Of a stretch of DNA of 64,000 bases, positions 12,450 to 24,918 are shown one piece after another (position 1 is the first letter of the stretch; each line of letters starts with the position of its first letter). Made by a program: the position numbers and the translations under genes. Source of the DNA: Chiloscyllium plagiosum (lineage: Eukaryota); assembly GCF_004010195.1 (NCBI RefSeq), contig NC_057718.1, forward strand, positions 95,366,852 to 95,430,851. The letters run 5' to 3'. Below the pieces are notes generated by a model. The model was not told the origin of the DNA. It worked only from the letters and a program-made list of their open reading frames with translations, and made no database searches.

Positions 12450-12874
12450 GGATGCTTGAATAAGTCAATTCTAGAGTGTTAGCGGTTCATTATTCTAAAA
12501 TGAGGGTTTTTTTTTGCATTAACATTTGATTTAAGGCCATTAATGAGTGACAGGTATGGAAAATCTGTGAATTGAGCCAAGCTTATTTTTTTTGGTGGGA
12601 GGGTGAGTGCAAACCAACAAACCACATCCTCGAAGTACACACTCTCAGGATATTTGTGTGCTTTATTAAATATCTGCCAGATTTGCATTTCTATCCACTT
12701 CAAATTTCAGCCATCATATTTCCAATTTTGACAGTCCACTTACCCTGTTCCTGTCTTTGAGCTCCATGTGCAAGTGAGATTGTAGTGCAGAATGGGTTGG
12801 ATAATCGCTCTCAATCCCCTCCTCACACTTGGGAACCACAGACTGGCTTATAGATATTTTTAATCAACCTGTTT

Positions 12875-12952
12875 AGACACCTCTCCAGCAGGTGGGACTT
12901 GAACCTAGGCCTCCTGCCGCAAAGGCAGGGACACTAACACTGCACCACAACA
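12875..12952 (-). mobile_element. tRNA-derived SINE head fragment
   Basis: Minus strand gtggtgcagtgttagtgtccctg...ggttcaagtcccacctgctgg (A/B boxes); related head at 45675-45745 (+). Confidence 0.55.
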
Positions 12953-13597
12953 GCCCATTGTAGCTTACAACTAGGGAAGAACAAGACGTCATGGTAGTCA
13001 CTTGGCCCCTTAATTTAATGAGAAATTTTGTACAAAAAATATTGAGGATTGGAGGATTCCAATGAGTGACATGGGAGAATTGGCCATGTCTGACATTCTG
13101 GTCTTTTGCATCAACTCTGCTTTTGTGTCTTGGTTTGTCAATACTCAAATTTTCTGAAAATATTCCCTGTGATATGAGATGCAGCATTTACCAAGAATGT
13201 TTATAGGATGATTGATGAATGCAATGACCTTTTACATTGCTGACTATAGTACGATAAACAAAATACTTCACATTACAATTTCAAAACTTCAGCAGGTCCC
13301 ACAGAGTGTCAATCAATGTAAAACTCTTCTGAGACTTTTGAATAAACTCTTTTGATATACAGTCAGTTTTCTATTAACAGCAATGAGACATTGGTCAGTT
13401 GATGTGTTGATTGATGGTGGATGAGTGACATGCATTAACCAGCATAATATGAAGGGCATCTTAATCAAATGAGAGGTAACATCAAATGATTTTGGCCTTC
13501 ATGCAGTGAAGAATATAATTGAGAACCCATGTCCACATTAATGAAATTCTTAGTTCTCAATGCACAATCCTTAAACCTTCATGACATCCTATTACAG

Positions 13598-15255
13598 GTG
13601 GGAAACATGAAGTAGCAAGAAAGAAAAACACCGAAGAAAACCAACACTATGAGGATGAGAGACATGTTCAGGAATCTGAAAAGCATCACTACGAAGATAA
13701 GGGAAGCCAGGAAGCAGAGGGGAGATATGGAGGAGAGCAGTTTGAAGCAGACGATCGAGGTAAAGATGAAAGTGAGGAACAAAAGCATTTCAAGCAAGCC
13801 AATGATGAAGAAAGAAACAGTGAAGATGACAGCAGGAGAGTGGAAGACTTCAAACCAGTCAAAAGCCCCTATGAAGTGAAAGGTCACAGAAATCACCATA
13901 CTGGCCAAAAGTACCATAGCTATGAAGAAAGAAGACATGCAGATGGTCAAAGTGCAGACGATGAAGAAGAAAAACACAGGAAAAGAAGACACAGTGATGA
14001 AGATAGTGGGCAAGAACAAAATAGTCCACCAAAAACAGATGATTCTGAACTTGCAAGCCATGGATTCCATGAGAAATGGCCTCATGGATATGACAAAGGA
14101 AGTGAGGAGTCATTTGAGGAAGATAAGGCGATTGGTTTAGGTGGACAGTCAGACAAAAGAAGACATAGTACTGGAGAAAGGGACAGTGACCAAGAGATGG
14201 ATGGGTCTGAGGAAGATCTCAATGATCAAGATAAAAGAAATGGCAACTATGGACATGAAGCTGAGTCTGAAGAGTCAGAAGAGAATGATAATGAAAAAAG
14301 AGTAAAACTTCTTAATGGTCACATTTATTACCACAAAAGAAACAGCTACAGTCATTCTGATGAGGATAGGAAGAGTTCCCAGCAAGGTGAGAAGAATGCT
14401 GATAAATCTGAAGAAACCAGTAAAGAACTGGAACACATCAAGAGCATTCAGAATTACCTGAAGGGGAATAACATCCAGGAAGCATATGAGAAAGGCAAGC
14501 ATCATTATGAGGATATAGTAGATGGACACATGAGGAGTAACTCAGAAGAATCAGTGGAGGAAGAACAATACCATGGCAAAAGAACCCATAGTGAAGAAAA
14601 AGTACAGTCCAGTGAAAAGAAGCATCATAGCAGAGAGGAGGAAAAGAGACATTATGATGGGAACAAGAGACACAGTGAAGAGGAAAAACCGGGGGAGGAT
14701 GCAGAAAACGAGCATCACGGCCAGGAAAAGAGGCATTATAGTGAAGAAGAAAAGAGGCATATTCATAATGAAAAGTGGCTCCAAACTGACGAAGGTGTGG
14801 AAGAGAAGTTTGCCAACAATGAAGAAGATGAAGACATAGAGAGAAATACAAAACACTTTCCAAGAATGCAGCAGGTTTGGTGGCAGAAGAAGCATAGCAT
14901 GGAGGACAGAACCCCTGACAGGGAAGAAAAAATGAAGCCCAGGGAGAAGAGCTACTTCTATCCAGAATATGAAGGTTATGATGGTAAACTGGAAAAGAGG
15001 CATGAGAAACGATATGAGGATGAAGACCAGGGGCAGGAAGTGGAAGATAGTGAAGGGCATGCCTCAAGACAACATTTTGCCCATGATTTGCAAGAGAAAA
15101 TGATGTATGATAGAATGGACAAGCTGGCACAGTATTTGAAAGCCAAGAAAAAATCATTTGAAGTCCCAGAACTTTATGATTTTGAAGAAAATGAAAAGCA
15201 ACACCATGAAGACAGAAAAAGGAATATGAACCATAGAACTCTGACCAAAGAAGAG
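13598..15255 (+). CDS. CHGB: Chromogranin B coding exon 4 (large acidic, His-rich exon)
   Basis: tacag|GT acceptor in phase with exon 3 and in frame with ORF 13840-15282; many KR/RR sites; conserved YFYPEY, YDRMDKLAQYL, KKSFEVPELYD; donor GAG|gtgagc. Confidence 0.95.
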
Positions 15256-16379
15256 GTGAGCCAATTCATATTTTTTGTTTGATAAACAGGACTAGAGTTA
15301 TTCTTTACTTGGACGATCCAATAAATAAGGCAAAACTGAGTTTATTGAATTTGCAACATAGCTATTTGATAAATAATCTAAAATTTGATAGACACTAAAA
15401 TTATACATTGTTACATAAAACAATTGTGATAATTAATTAAAAAGTAGCATCCTGCTATTTTCAAGGTAAGTTTTGGCATCATCTATTCAAGAAAGGAGGG
15501 AGACAGAAGAAAGGGAACTACAGGCGAGTTAGCTAAACACCTGTCATAGAAAAATCTAGCATTAAGCACTTAAAGCATGGCATTTTGAAAGTCTGAATTA
15601 GAATTAGAATTCAAATTAAATTTTATTGTCATGCATACTCAAGTCCAGAAGTATAGGAGTATAGTAAAAAGTGTATAATGTTGCAACACATGGTGCAATC
15701 TTGAGCACAAAGTACCTAGTTACAAAGCTTAGGTACTAAAATAAATTGGGTACAAAAATAAAGAAAAAAGGCTAAAAGTTCTCCATACCAGTTCCACATA
15801 ATGTAAATTAGGAAGATAAAGAAATAAAGTCTCAAGGAAGTCAGACAGTCTGGAGTACTATATATACTCTCTTATTTAAGCAATGGGTGCAAAGGGGATT
15901 AGAAACAGTTCAGAGAAGTTAAACTCAACTGATTCCCAGGATGGGTTGGGGAGGGATGTGGATGAAATGAAATTACTGTGCCTGCTAGTTCTGGTTCCTC
16001 CCTCATGAAGAGTCATCCTATCATCATCACCCTGTCAAGTCCCTAAATGTTGGAACAGACCCGAGGAACAGAATGATCTCCTCCTGTTTCTAATTTGCAT
16101 GTTCATAGATATCAATTTTCTAAATACTATAACTTTATCTAAGGACATAATTTTTACACGTAATATCTAGAACTTCTGTAACATATAGGAATTAAAATTA
16201 AAGTCATGGTATGCTCACTTTTAAATGTGTATTGATTTAAACTTTTTCTATTTAATATATTTGAGTCTACAATTTTCAAAACAATATACTTGCAGACTTT
16301 GATTTCACAAAACATGTTTGAAAGCGAAAGAGTATTTCAAAATTTAAATAGGATTTAATGCAGCACCCTTCAGATAATA

Positions 16380-16550
16380 GGAGAAAGTGAGACCTGCAGA
16401 TGCTGGAGTGTGTGGCGCTGGAAAAGCACAGCAGGTCAGGCAGCATCCAAGGAGCAGGAGAATTGAACTTTCGGAAGGGCTTTTGCCCAAAACATCGATT
16501 CTCCAGCTCCTCGTACCTGCTGTGCTTTTCCAGCACCACATTCGTGACTC
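16380..16550. mobile_element. Palindromic PLE-derived element (family A), internally deleted
   Basis: ggagaaagtgagacctgcagatgctggag...ctggaaaagcacagcagg / cctgctgtgcttttccagc; remnant gggcttttgccc stem. Confidence 0.78.
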
Positions 16551-17804
16551 TTCAAATAATGTCTGCTTGCAGTTCTCTATATCATCAAGTTCAGGTGCTG
16601 TTGCATACCAGAAGATCTGCTGTGATGGTGCACTATGTTTATTATTACTAATTATTTATGTACTAATTCCTGTTTATGTGTGGTGAATATATGTTTATTT
16701 CACATTTAATAAGTCATTATCTGCAGGCTTGTTTTGTGAATATATCTTAAAGTATTTTTAATCACTGTTGATAAGATAATGATAATTTAATAATTACATT
16801 TAGACTAATACCTTGGATTAATTTTCACTTTCTGAATCACCTTCAGATGATTTAAGTTGAGAATGTGTTAAACATCAGTGAAACCATGGGCAGCTCTATA
16901 CCCAGGTGCGTTAAACTAAAAACACATTAAAAATACCCTGTTTGAAACTTTAAAACCTTAAACTTCCACATTAGTTAGTAGGAATTATTAAACAAACAAC
17001 ACTATTATCTGTTAATTGAATAAAACAAATAATCCTGGTGACCGGAATTATTATGCACAAAGCTTATAAATGTATAAAGATCAGTACAAAACTCGGAAAT
17101 GTGTGAATAACATGTTTTTACACAAACTACGGTGTTCTTGGAATCAAAAGACAGATAAAATAGAGTAAGAATACTTGGTGTAATATTGGATAGCATTTAT
17201 CTGCTAATGAAGCAATTGCACAGCTGGTCAGGTAGCATCTATGGAGAGAGACAAGCAGAATTAATACTTTGAATTCATGATCTTTCTGGTCCTGATGAAA
17301 GCTGACAGATCTGAAGTGCTAACTCTGTTACTGTCTCCCCAGTTGCTTCCACAGCTTCAGAACACTTACAGCACACTCGGATTTTATTTTGAACTTTGGG
17401 CTGCTGCACTGTCAGGACAGCCTTTAGAGTAGGTTGTAATCAGGGGATCAGAGTATTAGTGAGAATGGGGCTGTGGAATGCAATCAACAGGGAAAGGAGG
17501 ATTGAGGGTGGATAACTGTCTATGTTCTTAGCTCTCGAGCTCAGTGGAGAACTCTTATCAGTTCTGGTTTCACGTTCGGATAGTTATTTTGGAAAAGCAT
17601 ACCTTTTAGATGGCAACCAGCCTTTACTGACTGCTGAGTAGGTCCACGAGGGGCTTGGTTATCCTGGAGAGCCTCTGTTCACTACATTCAGGGCAGTTCA
17701 ATTTTGAGAAACAATATTGGATCGGATGTAATGTCTGCACGTTTAAACAATTCAGTCATAGATCATTAAATATAATTAATGCAACATTATCTTATCATTA
17801 AAAA

Positions 17805-18022
17805 CCGAAAGAACAACAGGTGCTATAAATCAGAAACAAAAAACAGAAATTGCTGGAAAAACTCCGGTCTGGCAGCATCTGTGGAGAGAAATCATAGTTA
17901 ATGTTTCAGGTTGAGTGACCCTTCCTCAGAACTGGAAGGGTCACTTGACCCGAAACATTAACTGATTTCTGTCCACAGATGCTGCCAGACCTGCTAAGCT
18001 TTACCAACAATTTCTGTTTTTA
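17805..18022. mobile_element. Palindromic PLE-derived element (family C) with hammerhead motif
   Basis: Long inverted arms aaaaacagaaattgctgg...ggtctggcagcatctgtgga / tccacagatgctgccagacc...caatttctgttttt; minus 17933-17896 reads AGUU-CUGAGGA-A-GGGU(CACUCA)ACCU-GAAACAUU-AACU. Degenerate relatives near 5720, 6110, 17200, 29020 and 63080. Confidence 0.78.
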
Positions 18023-18287
18023 TTATTTTATCAATAGTGAATAAAATAACATTTTAAAGTATATTCACAAAACAAACTTGTCAATAATGACTTCTGAAAT
18101 CTGAGATGCGGTCAGCGTACGTCCAGTGAAGATTTGTACAGACTGACACCACTCACCAGTTCAGAATGTTGGGAGTCTGTTTCATGGCTCTAAGATAGGC
18201 ACAACATCAATTCATTTCTAGGCTATTGTGTTCCTGCACTGCATCTTCCTCTGTGGTAGGCCAACAGACAGCTTTCATCATTTTCTT

Positions 18288-19100
18288 TTTATTCATTCAT
18301 GAAATGAGCAACACTAGCTGGTAAGCATTCATTGCTCATCTCTAATTGCCCTCGAATGTGGTGGTGTGCTATATTTAACCACTGCAGTCCATTTGATGCA
18401 GGTGGACCCACAGTGCTTTTAGGGAGGAAACTTGTGTTTTGCAGCAGTGAAGGAACAGTGACATATTTCCAATCCAGGATTATGAATTGCATGCAGGTGG
18501 TGGTGTTCCCATGAGCAGCTGCCATTGTCCTTCTAGCTGGTAGTGGTTGGTTAGAAGGTGCTATCTCAGTGAATTTCTGCAGAGCATCTTGTAGACAGTA
18601 CACAGTGCTGCGATGGTGATAGAAGAGAATGTTTTGTGGATATGGTACCAATCAAGCATGCTGCTTTGTCCTGGATGGTTTTAAGCTTCTTGAGTGTTAT
18701 TGGAGCTACGTTTATCTAGGTGGCTGAGAGGTATTCCATCACACTCCTGACTTCTCCCCCATCTCCTTATAGATAAAGTAGTTTTGGAAAGTCAAGGTGA
18801 GTTACTTGCTGCAAGATTCCAAGCCTTTGACCCTGCTCTTGTAGCCACAGTACTTACATCACTAGTCCAGCTTCTAGTCAATGATATCTCCAGGATGTTC
18901 ATAGTAGGGAAGTTAGGAGTGCTATTGAATGTCAAGACACAATGGTTAGATTCTGTGTTGTTGAAGATGGTCATTGTCTGGCACGAATGTTACTTGCCAC
19001 TTGTCAGCCCAAGCCATTTGGGTATAGACTACTCCAATAGCAGAGAAGTCCTGAACATAAAGCATTTATCAGCAAACATTCCCACCTCTGACGTTATGCC
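18288..19100 (-). mobile_element. Old degenerate LINE (CR1/L2-like) fragment, interrupted by the younger CR1 at 19105; appears to resume at about 22215-22300
   Basis: Minus-strand remnant translations (MNILEISL..SWTSDVSTVATRAG) resemble LINE RT C-terminus; same family seen at 52920-53070 and 56830-57130. Confidence 0.55.
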
Positions 19101-19104
19101 TGAT

Positions 19105-22100
19105 GGTGCTAGAGGGAGGGGTTCAGATTTTTGGGATATTGGGACCGGTTCTGGGGGAGGTGGGACTATTACTAATTGGATGGTCGACACCTGGGCTGGA
19201 CTGGAACCAATGTCCTTGAGGGTGCTTTTGCTAATGCTGTTGGGGAGGGTTTAAACTAATGTGGTAGGGAGATAGGAATCAAACGAGGTAGTTAATGGAC
19301 AGGAAGGCAATAATAATGAAAGCCTGTAAGGAACTAGATAATGAAGTCAGCGTGACTAAGGGGAAAAGAGTAGGCAGGAAGCAACACACGAACGCATAGG
19401 GACTGGTGGTCTGCAGTACATTTGTTTTAATACAACAATTATAGTAGGTGAAGCAGATGAACTTAGGGCTTGGATTAGCACCTGGGAGTATGATGTTACT
19501 GCTATTACTGAGACTTGGTTGAGGGAAGGGCAAGATTGGCAACTAAATGTCCCAGGATATCGATGCTTCAGGTGGGATAGAGAGGGAAGTAAAAGGGGTG
19601 GAGGAGTTGCATTACAGGTCAAAGAAGATATCACAGCTGTGCTAAAGGAGGGCACTATGGAGGACTCGAACAGTCAATATGGGCAAAGCTCAGAAATAGG
19701 AAGGGTGCGGTAATAATGTTGGGGTTTTACTACAGGTTTCCAAAACAGCGAACATGAGATAGAGTTACAAATATGTAGAGAGAGCATAGAAAGATATAGG
19801 AGCAACAGGGTGGTAGTGATAGGAGATTTTAATTTTCCCAACATTGACTGGGATTCACTTAGTGTTAGAGGATTGAATGATGCAGAATTTATAAGGAACA
19901 TCCAGGAGGGGTTTCTAAAGCAGTATGTAAGTAATCCAACTCGTGAAGGGGCCATACTGGACCTGGGGTTAGGAAATGAGCCCGGTCAGGTGGTTGAAGT
20001 TTCAGTGGAGGATTACTTTGAGAATAGTGATCACAATTCCATAAGTTTTAGGATACTCACATACAAAGACGAGATTGGTCGTAAAGTAAGAGTGCTAAAT
20101 TGGGGAAGGAAAATTCAGCAGGAGCTGGGGAATGCAGATTGGGAGCAGCTGTTTGAAGGAAAGTCCACATTCGATATGTAGGAGGCATTTAAAGAGAGGT
20201 TGATTAGAGTTCAGGAGAGATATGTTCCTGTTTAGGGAACCATACTGATAGGTGAAATTGTGAGACTAGCTAAGAGGAAAAAGGATGCACACATACATAA
20301 GGTCCAAGCAATTGAAATCAGACGAAGCTTTGGAAGAATATTGGGAATGCAGGACCAATCTAAAACTAGGAATTAAGAGGGCTAAAAAGTCATGAGATAT
20401 CCTTAGTGAGCAGGGTTAAGGAAAACCCCAAAGGCTTTTATTCATACATAAGGAGCAAGAGGGTAATGAGGGAATTGATTGGCCCACTCAAGGTCAAAGG
20501 AGAAAAGATATGCATGGAGTCAGAGAAAATGGGTGAGATTCTTAATGAGTTATTTGCATCGGTATTCACCGAGGAGAGGGACATGGTGGATGTTGAGGTT
20601 AGGGATGGATCTTTGATTATGCTAGGTCAAGTCGGCATAAGGAATGATGAAATGTGTGTTCTGAAAGGCATTAAGGTGGACAAGTCCCCAGGACCGAATG
20701 GAATCTATCCCAGGTTACGGGAGCGAGAGAGGAAATAGCTAGGGCTTTAACAGATATCTTTGCAGCATCCTTGAAAACGGGAGAGGTTCCAGAGAACTGG
20801 AGGATTGCTAATGTTGTCCCCTTGTTTAAGAAGGGTAGCAGGGATAATCCAAGTAATTACAGACCCATGAGCCTGACATCAGTGGTAGGGAAGCTACTGG
20901 AGAAGATACTAGGGAATAGGATATCCACCCATTTGGAGGAAAATGGTCTTATCAGTGATAGGCAGCATGGTTTTGTGCAAGGAAGGTCATGTCTTACAAA
21001 CCTAATAGATTTCTTTGATAAGTGACAAAGTTGATTTATGAGGGAAGGGATGTAGATGTCATATACATGGAATTTAGTAAGGCATTTAATAAGGCACCCC
21101 ATGGTAGGATGATAAAGAAGGTGAATTTGCATGGGGTCCAGGGTGTTCTAGCTCTCTGGGTAGAGAACTGTTTGGGCAACAGGAGACAGAAGTAGTAGTG
21201 GAAGGGAGCTTCTCAAAATGGACACCTGTGACCAGTGGTGTCACTGGGATCACTGTTGTTTGCGAGAGATATAAATGATTTGGAGGAAGGTGTAGGTTTC
21301 CACATTAGCAAGTTTACAGATGACACTAAGATTGGTGGAGTAGCAGCAGATGGTGAAGGGGACCTTCAGCGAATACAGCAGAATATAGATAATTTGGAGA
21401 GTTGGGCAGAAAAATGGTAGATGGAGTTCAATCTAGACAAATATGAAGTGATGCATTTTGTTCAATGCAATTCCAGAGCGAACTCTATAGTAAATGGAAA
21501 AATCCTGGTGAAAATTGATATAGAGAGGTCTAGGTGTTCAGGTCCATTGTTCCCTGAAGGTGGCAAGCATGTGGCATGCTTTCCTTCATCAGACAGGGTA
21601 TTGAATACAAGAGTTGGCAAGTCACATTACAATTTTATAAAACTTTGGTTTGGCCATATTTGGAATACTGTGTACAGTTCTGGTCACCACATTACCAAAA
21701 GGACGAGGATGCTTTGGAGAGGATACAGAGGAGGTTCACCAGGATGTTGCGTGGTTTTGACAGTGCTAGCTATGAGGATAGGCTGAATAGATTAGGATTA
21801 TTTTCATTGGAAAGGTGGCGGTTGAGGGGGGGGAAACATGATTTTGTAGGCCTTAATCAGGAGAGTTGTAGACAGGGTGGATAGCATGAAACTTTTTCCC
21901 CAGAGTGGAGAATTCAATCACTCGGGGCTATAAGTTCAAAGTGAGGGGGGGAAAGTTTAGGTGAGATATACCTGGAAAGTTTTTTTTTTAAAAACAGAGT
22001 GGTGGGTGCCTGGAATGCTTTGCTAATGGAGGTGGTAGGAGCTGGAACGATAGTGTCATTTAAGATGTATCTGGACAGATACATGAATGGGCAGGGAGCA

Positions 22101-22205
22101 AAGGGATACAGATCCTTAGATAATAGACAGCAGATTTAGATAGTGGATATGGATTGGCGCAGGCTTGGAGGACCAAAGGGCCTGTTCCTGTGCTGTAATT
22201 TTCTT
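19105..22205 (+). mobile_element. Long CR1-clade LINE (end of ORF1, APE endonuclease, RT, tail); inactive
   Basis: ORF fragments with ITETWL, GGGVAL, GDFNFPNIDW, SDHN, KSPGPNGI, ANVVPLFKKG, QHGF..GRSCLTNL, KFTDDTK, YCVQFWSP; many stops and frameshifts. Confidence 0.93.
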
Positions 22206-22444
22206 TCCTTTTTTGGAAGGTTATTGATGAAAGAACTGAAGAAGGTTGGACTGAACAGCCCACCCTGAGGAACTCCTGCAGAGATGTCCTGCAGCAGTAG
22301 TTGGTCTTGCCATTATTTATTTACTGACTTTCCACAATGTTTTACCCCACATTCTTATATGAAAGTGCCTAATGGGTTCTTTAAAGTCAGATCAAAATGA
22401 ATACACAAAGAAATGTGTGTTTTGATATGAAGCAAATTAGCTTA

Positions 22445-22527
22445 GAGGAGAAAGTGAGGTCTGCAGATGCTGGAGATCAGAGCTGGAAGCTGCCTGACCT
22501 GCTGCGCTTTTCCAGCAACACATTTCC
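22445..22527. mobile_element. Highly collapsed family A PLE-derived element with 14-bp target-site duplication
   Basis: ggagaaagtgaggtctgcagatgctggagatcagagctg...gctgcctgacctgctgcgcttttccagc flanked by agcaaattagctta at 22431-22444 and 22528-22541. Confidence 0.75.
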
Positions 22528-22624
22528 AGCAAATTAGCTTAACCTACTTTAGCTATTTGTAAACAAAATGGGTGACTCTTTTAGCTTAACCTACTTAGAC
22601 ATTTTCAACAACTGTCTCACTGAT

Positions 22625-22846
22625 GAGCTGAAAAATGTGTTGCTGGAAAAGCGCAGCAGGTCAGGCAGCATCCAAGGAGCAGCAGAATCCACGTTTCGGG
22701 CATAAGCCTTTCTTCAGGAATTCCAGAAGGGCTTATGCCCGAAATGTCAATTCTCATGCTCCTTGGATGCTGCCTAACCTGCTGCGCTTTTCCAGCAACA
22801 CATTTTTCAGCTCTGATCTCCAGGAAGTGCAGTCCTCACTTTCTCC
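22625..22846. mobile_element. Palindromic PLE-derived element (family A)
   Basis: About 90-nt inverted arms centred on caggaattcc; gggcttatgccc stems on both strands, hammerhead cores mutated. Confidence 0.82.
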
Positions 22847-24254
22847 TGTCTCTCACTGCCTTCTATTCATCAGGTCTCCTGGATAATGCCATGGCACCAG
22901 TCTGTGAAAGGTGAAAGTCTATGGCCCCAGTCTCATGAACCACATGTTGGCAGTAATTCCGAGAGTCACTGATATTAATACTATTCTGGTTACATGCTGT
23001 AACACCATTTCATAATAACTTCAGTAGGTTTCCAGCCCTGAAAAATAGGCTTAAAACAAAAATCCAGGTTCACCATGTAGATCACACAAGTGGATGGTTC
23101 CCATCCGGCCTCAGTGTCAGACAGCATCCTCCAATCCCCACCCCAGTCAAAACAGACTGGTTTTTGCATTAGGCCTGTTTTTCATGTACTTTTCCACTTT
23201 ACTTCAATTGCTCATTGTCATTGTCAATTAACCAACCCTTAATGGTCTGGTTTGAAGATGTTATTTTTGAGCCTAACATTACAGCATTCATTGACGCAGG
23301 TGTGAAGTAGAAACAACATGGTGCCCTCTCCTAAGGAGATGGAGTTGTGCATCTCCTTAACCAGATTGAATTATTGTGAAATGGACAATGCAGAGACTGA
23401 GGAAGCAGTTAACTAGAATGGGGAAATTCAGGATAGAAAACAGAGGAAATTTATAGATTACATTAGAGAAAAATCAAGTAGAATTTTTTATTTTAACTTA
23501 GTAGGTACTCAACAAAGAGACCATAAATGCAACTGTGCAAATGTAATTAATTAACTACTCAAGTGGTTAACCAGCAGCAATTAACACTTAATTGATTGGG
23601 GCAGCTCATCATGAAATGACTTGTCCTTACATTCTGTATCAAGTTTAGTTTGTATCTACTGTGCAAACGAATGATCTTCACACCTCCCAGTGAAACATCT
23701 GAAAGGAAAACCAGACAGCAGGGTGTGCTTGTGCAAAGCTCGTAGCAGATTAGTGCATCTTGGACAGTAATTTTTGATTTTCATGCCAACATGCTCATGT
23801 GCCCAACCCTGAAGGTACTATTAACCAATCCTCTATTTATGTCAGAACATTACATCCAATACCACATACTTTAATTTTGCTAAATCAACCTCCTATAGGG
23901 GTCCTGTCAAGTCCAGCGTGCCCTGATAATTAGAGGGTGGGGGGAGTAAGGCTAAGGAAGAGTCAGGTAAGTCAAGCATTAGGAGTTGATATTTGGGACC
24001 AGGAAATGTTCCCCAAAAGATATTTACAGAGCTTCCCATTTTAGTGTGTTTTGGAATGATATCTTTAAGAGATCACTGGTTAAGCAGTGCTGAGTAGCAA
24101 AGGATAGAAAGCATGTGGCTCTGGAATTACAAAATTAACTTGACGGTCTCATTGATGACAGGTGATCTCAATTAGCATGAACTAAAATGACTCCTACCTC
24201 CGGATATACTTGGATAATGACCAAAAGCTTACTCAAAAAAGTTTTTTAAAAAAA

Positions 24255-24571
24255 ATTAGATTCCCTTCAGTATGGAAACAGGCCCTTTGGCCCAACAAGT
24301 TCACACCGACCATCTGAAGAGTAACCCACTCAGATCCATTCCCTCCCTTATATTTACCCCTGACTAATGCACCTCACACTATGTGCAATTTATCATGGCC
24401 AATTCACCTGACCTGCACATCTTTGGATTGTGGGAGCAAACCGGTGCACCCACAAGAAACCCACGCAGACACAGGAAGAATGTGCAAACTCCATAGTTCA
24501 GTCTCCAGAGGCTGGAATTGAACCCGGGACCCTAGTGCTGTGAGGCAGCAGTGCTAACCACTGAGTCACCC
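24255..24571 (-). mobile_element. HE1-like V-SINE
   Basis: Reverse complement of the SINE at 3616-3930 (A/B boxes, V core, CR1-like tail). Confidence 0.87.
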
Positions 24572-24726
24572 TAGGCGATTGGAACCTAGGCAGTTTAATA
24601 GAGTATTTGAAGGAAGAGAGAGATGTCGAGATGCAAGAGCATTGGGAGACAGAATAAGAGATTGGAACCTAGGCAGTTGTTGGTTTTCTGTCAATTGTGG
24701 AATAATTAAATTGAGTGATACATGAG

Positions 24727-24918
24727 AGGATCAAGAAGTGGGGTGCTGGAAAAGCACAGTCAGTCAGGCAGCATCCGAGGAGCAGGAGAGTTGACGTTTT
24801 CAGCAAAAGCTCTTCATCAGGAATTCCTGATGGGCTTATGCTGCCTGATTAGCTGTGCTTTACCACCACTACACCTTTTGACTCTGATCTCCAGCAGCTG
24901 CAGTTTACACTTTCTCCC
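24727..24918. mobile_element. Degenerate palindromic family A PLE-derived element
   Basis: gtgctggaaaagcacag...ttcatcaggaattcctgatg...ctctgatctccagcagctgcagtttacactttctcc. Confidence 0.72.

Noticed and set aside
13598-13660. Suspected frameshift at the start of CHGB exon 4
   Set aside because: Base counting shows codons from 13600 are in the same frame as the 13840 ORF with no stop; the ORF track simply began at a GTG.
13579-15157. Long hydrophobic minus-strand and alternate-frame ORFs (13579-14085, 14438-15157, 14551-15060, 13649-13879)
   Set aside because: Shadow ORFs of the purine-rich CHGB exon 4; no independent motifs.
24577-24678. 19-bp direct repeat gattggaacctaggcagtt (CRISPR-like?)
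   Set aside because: Only two copies, in vertebrate DNA beside a SINE junction; most likely a local duplication.
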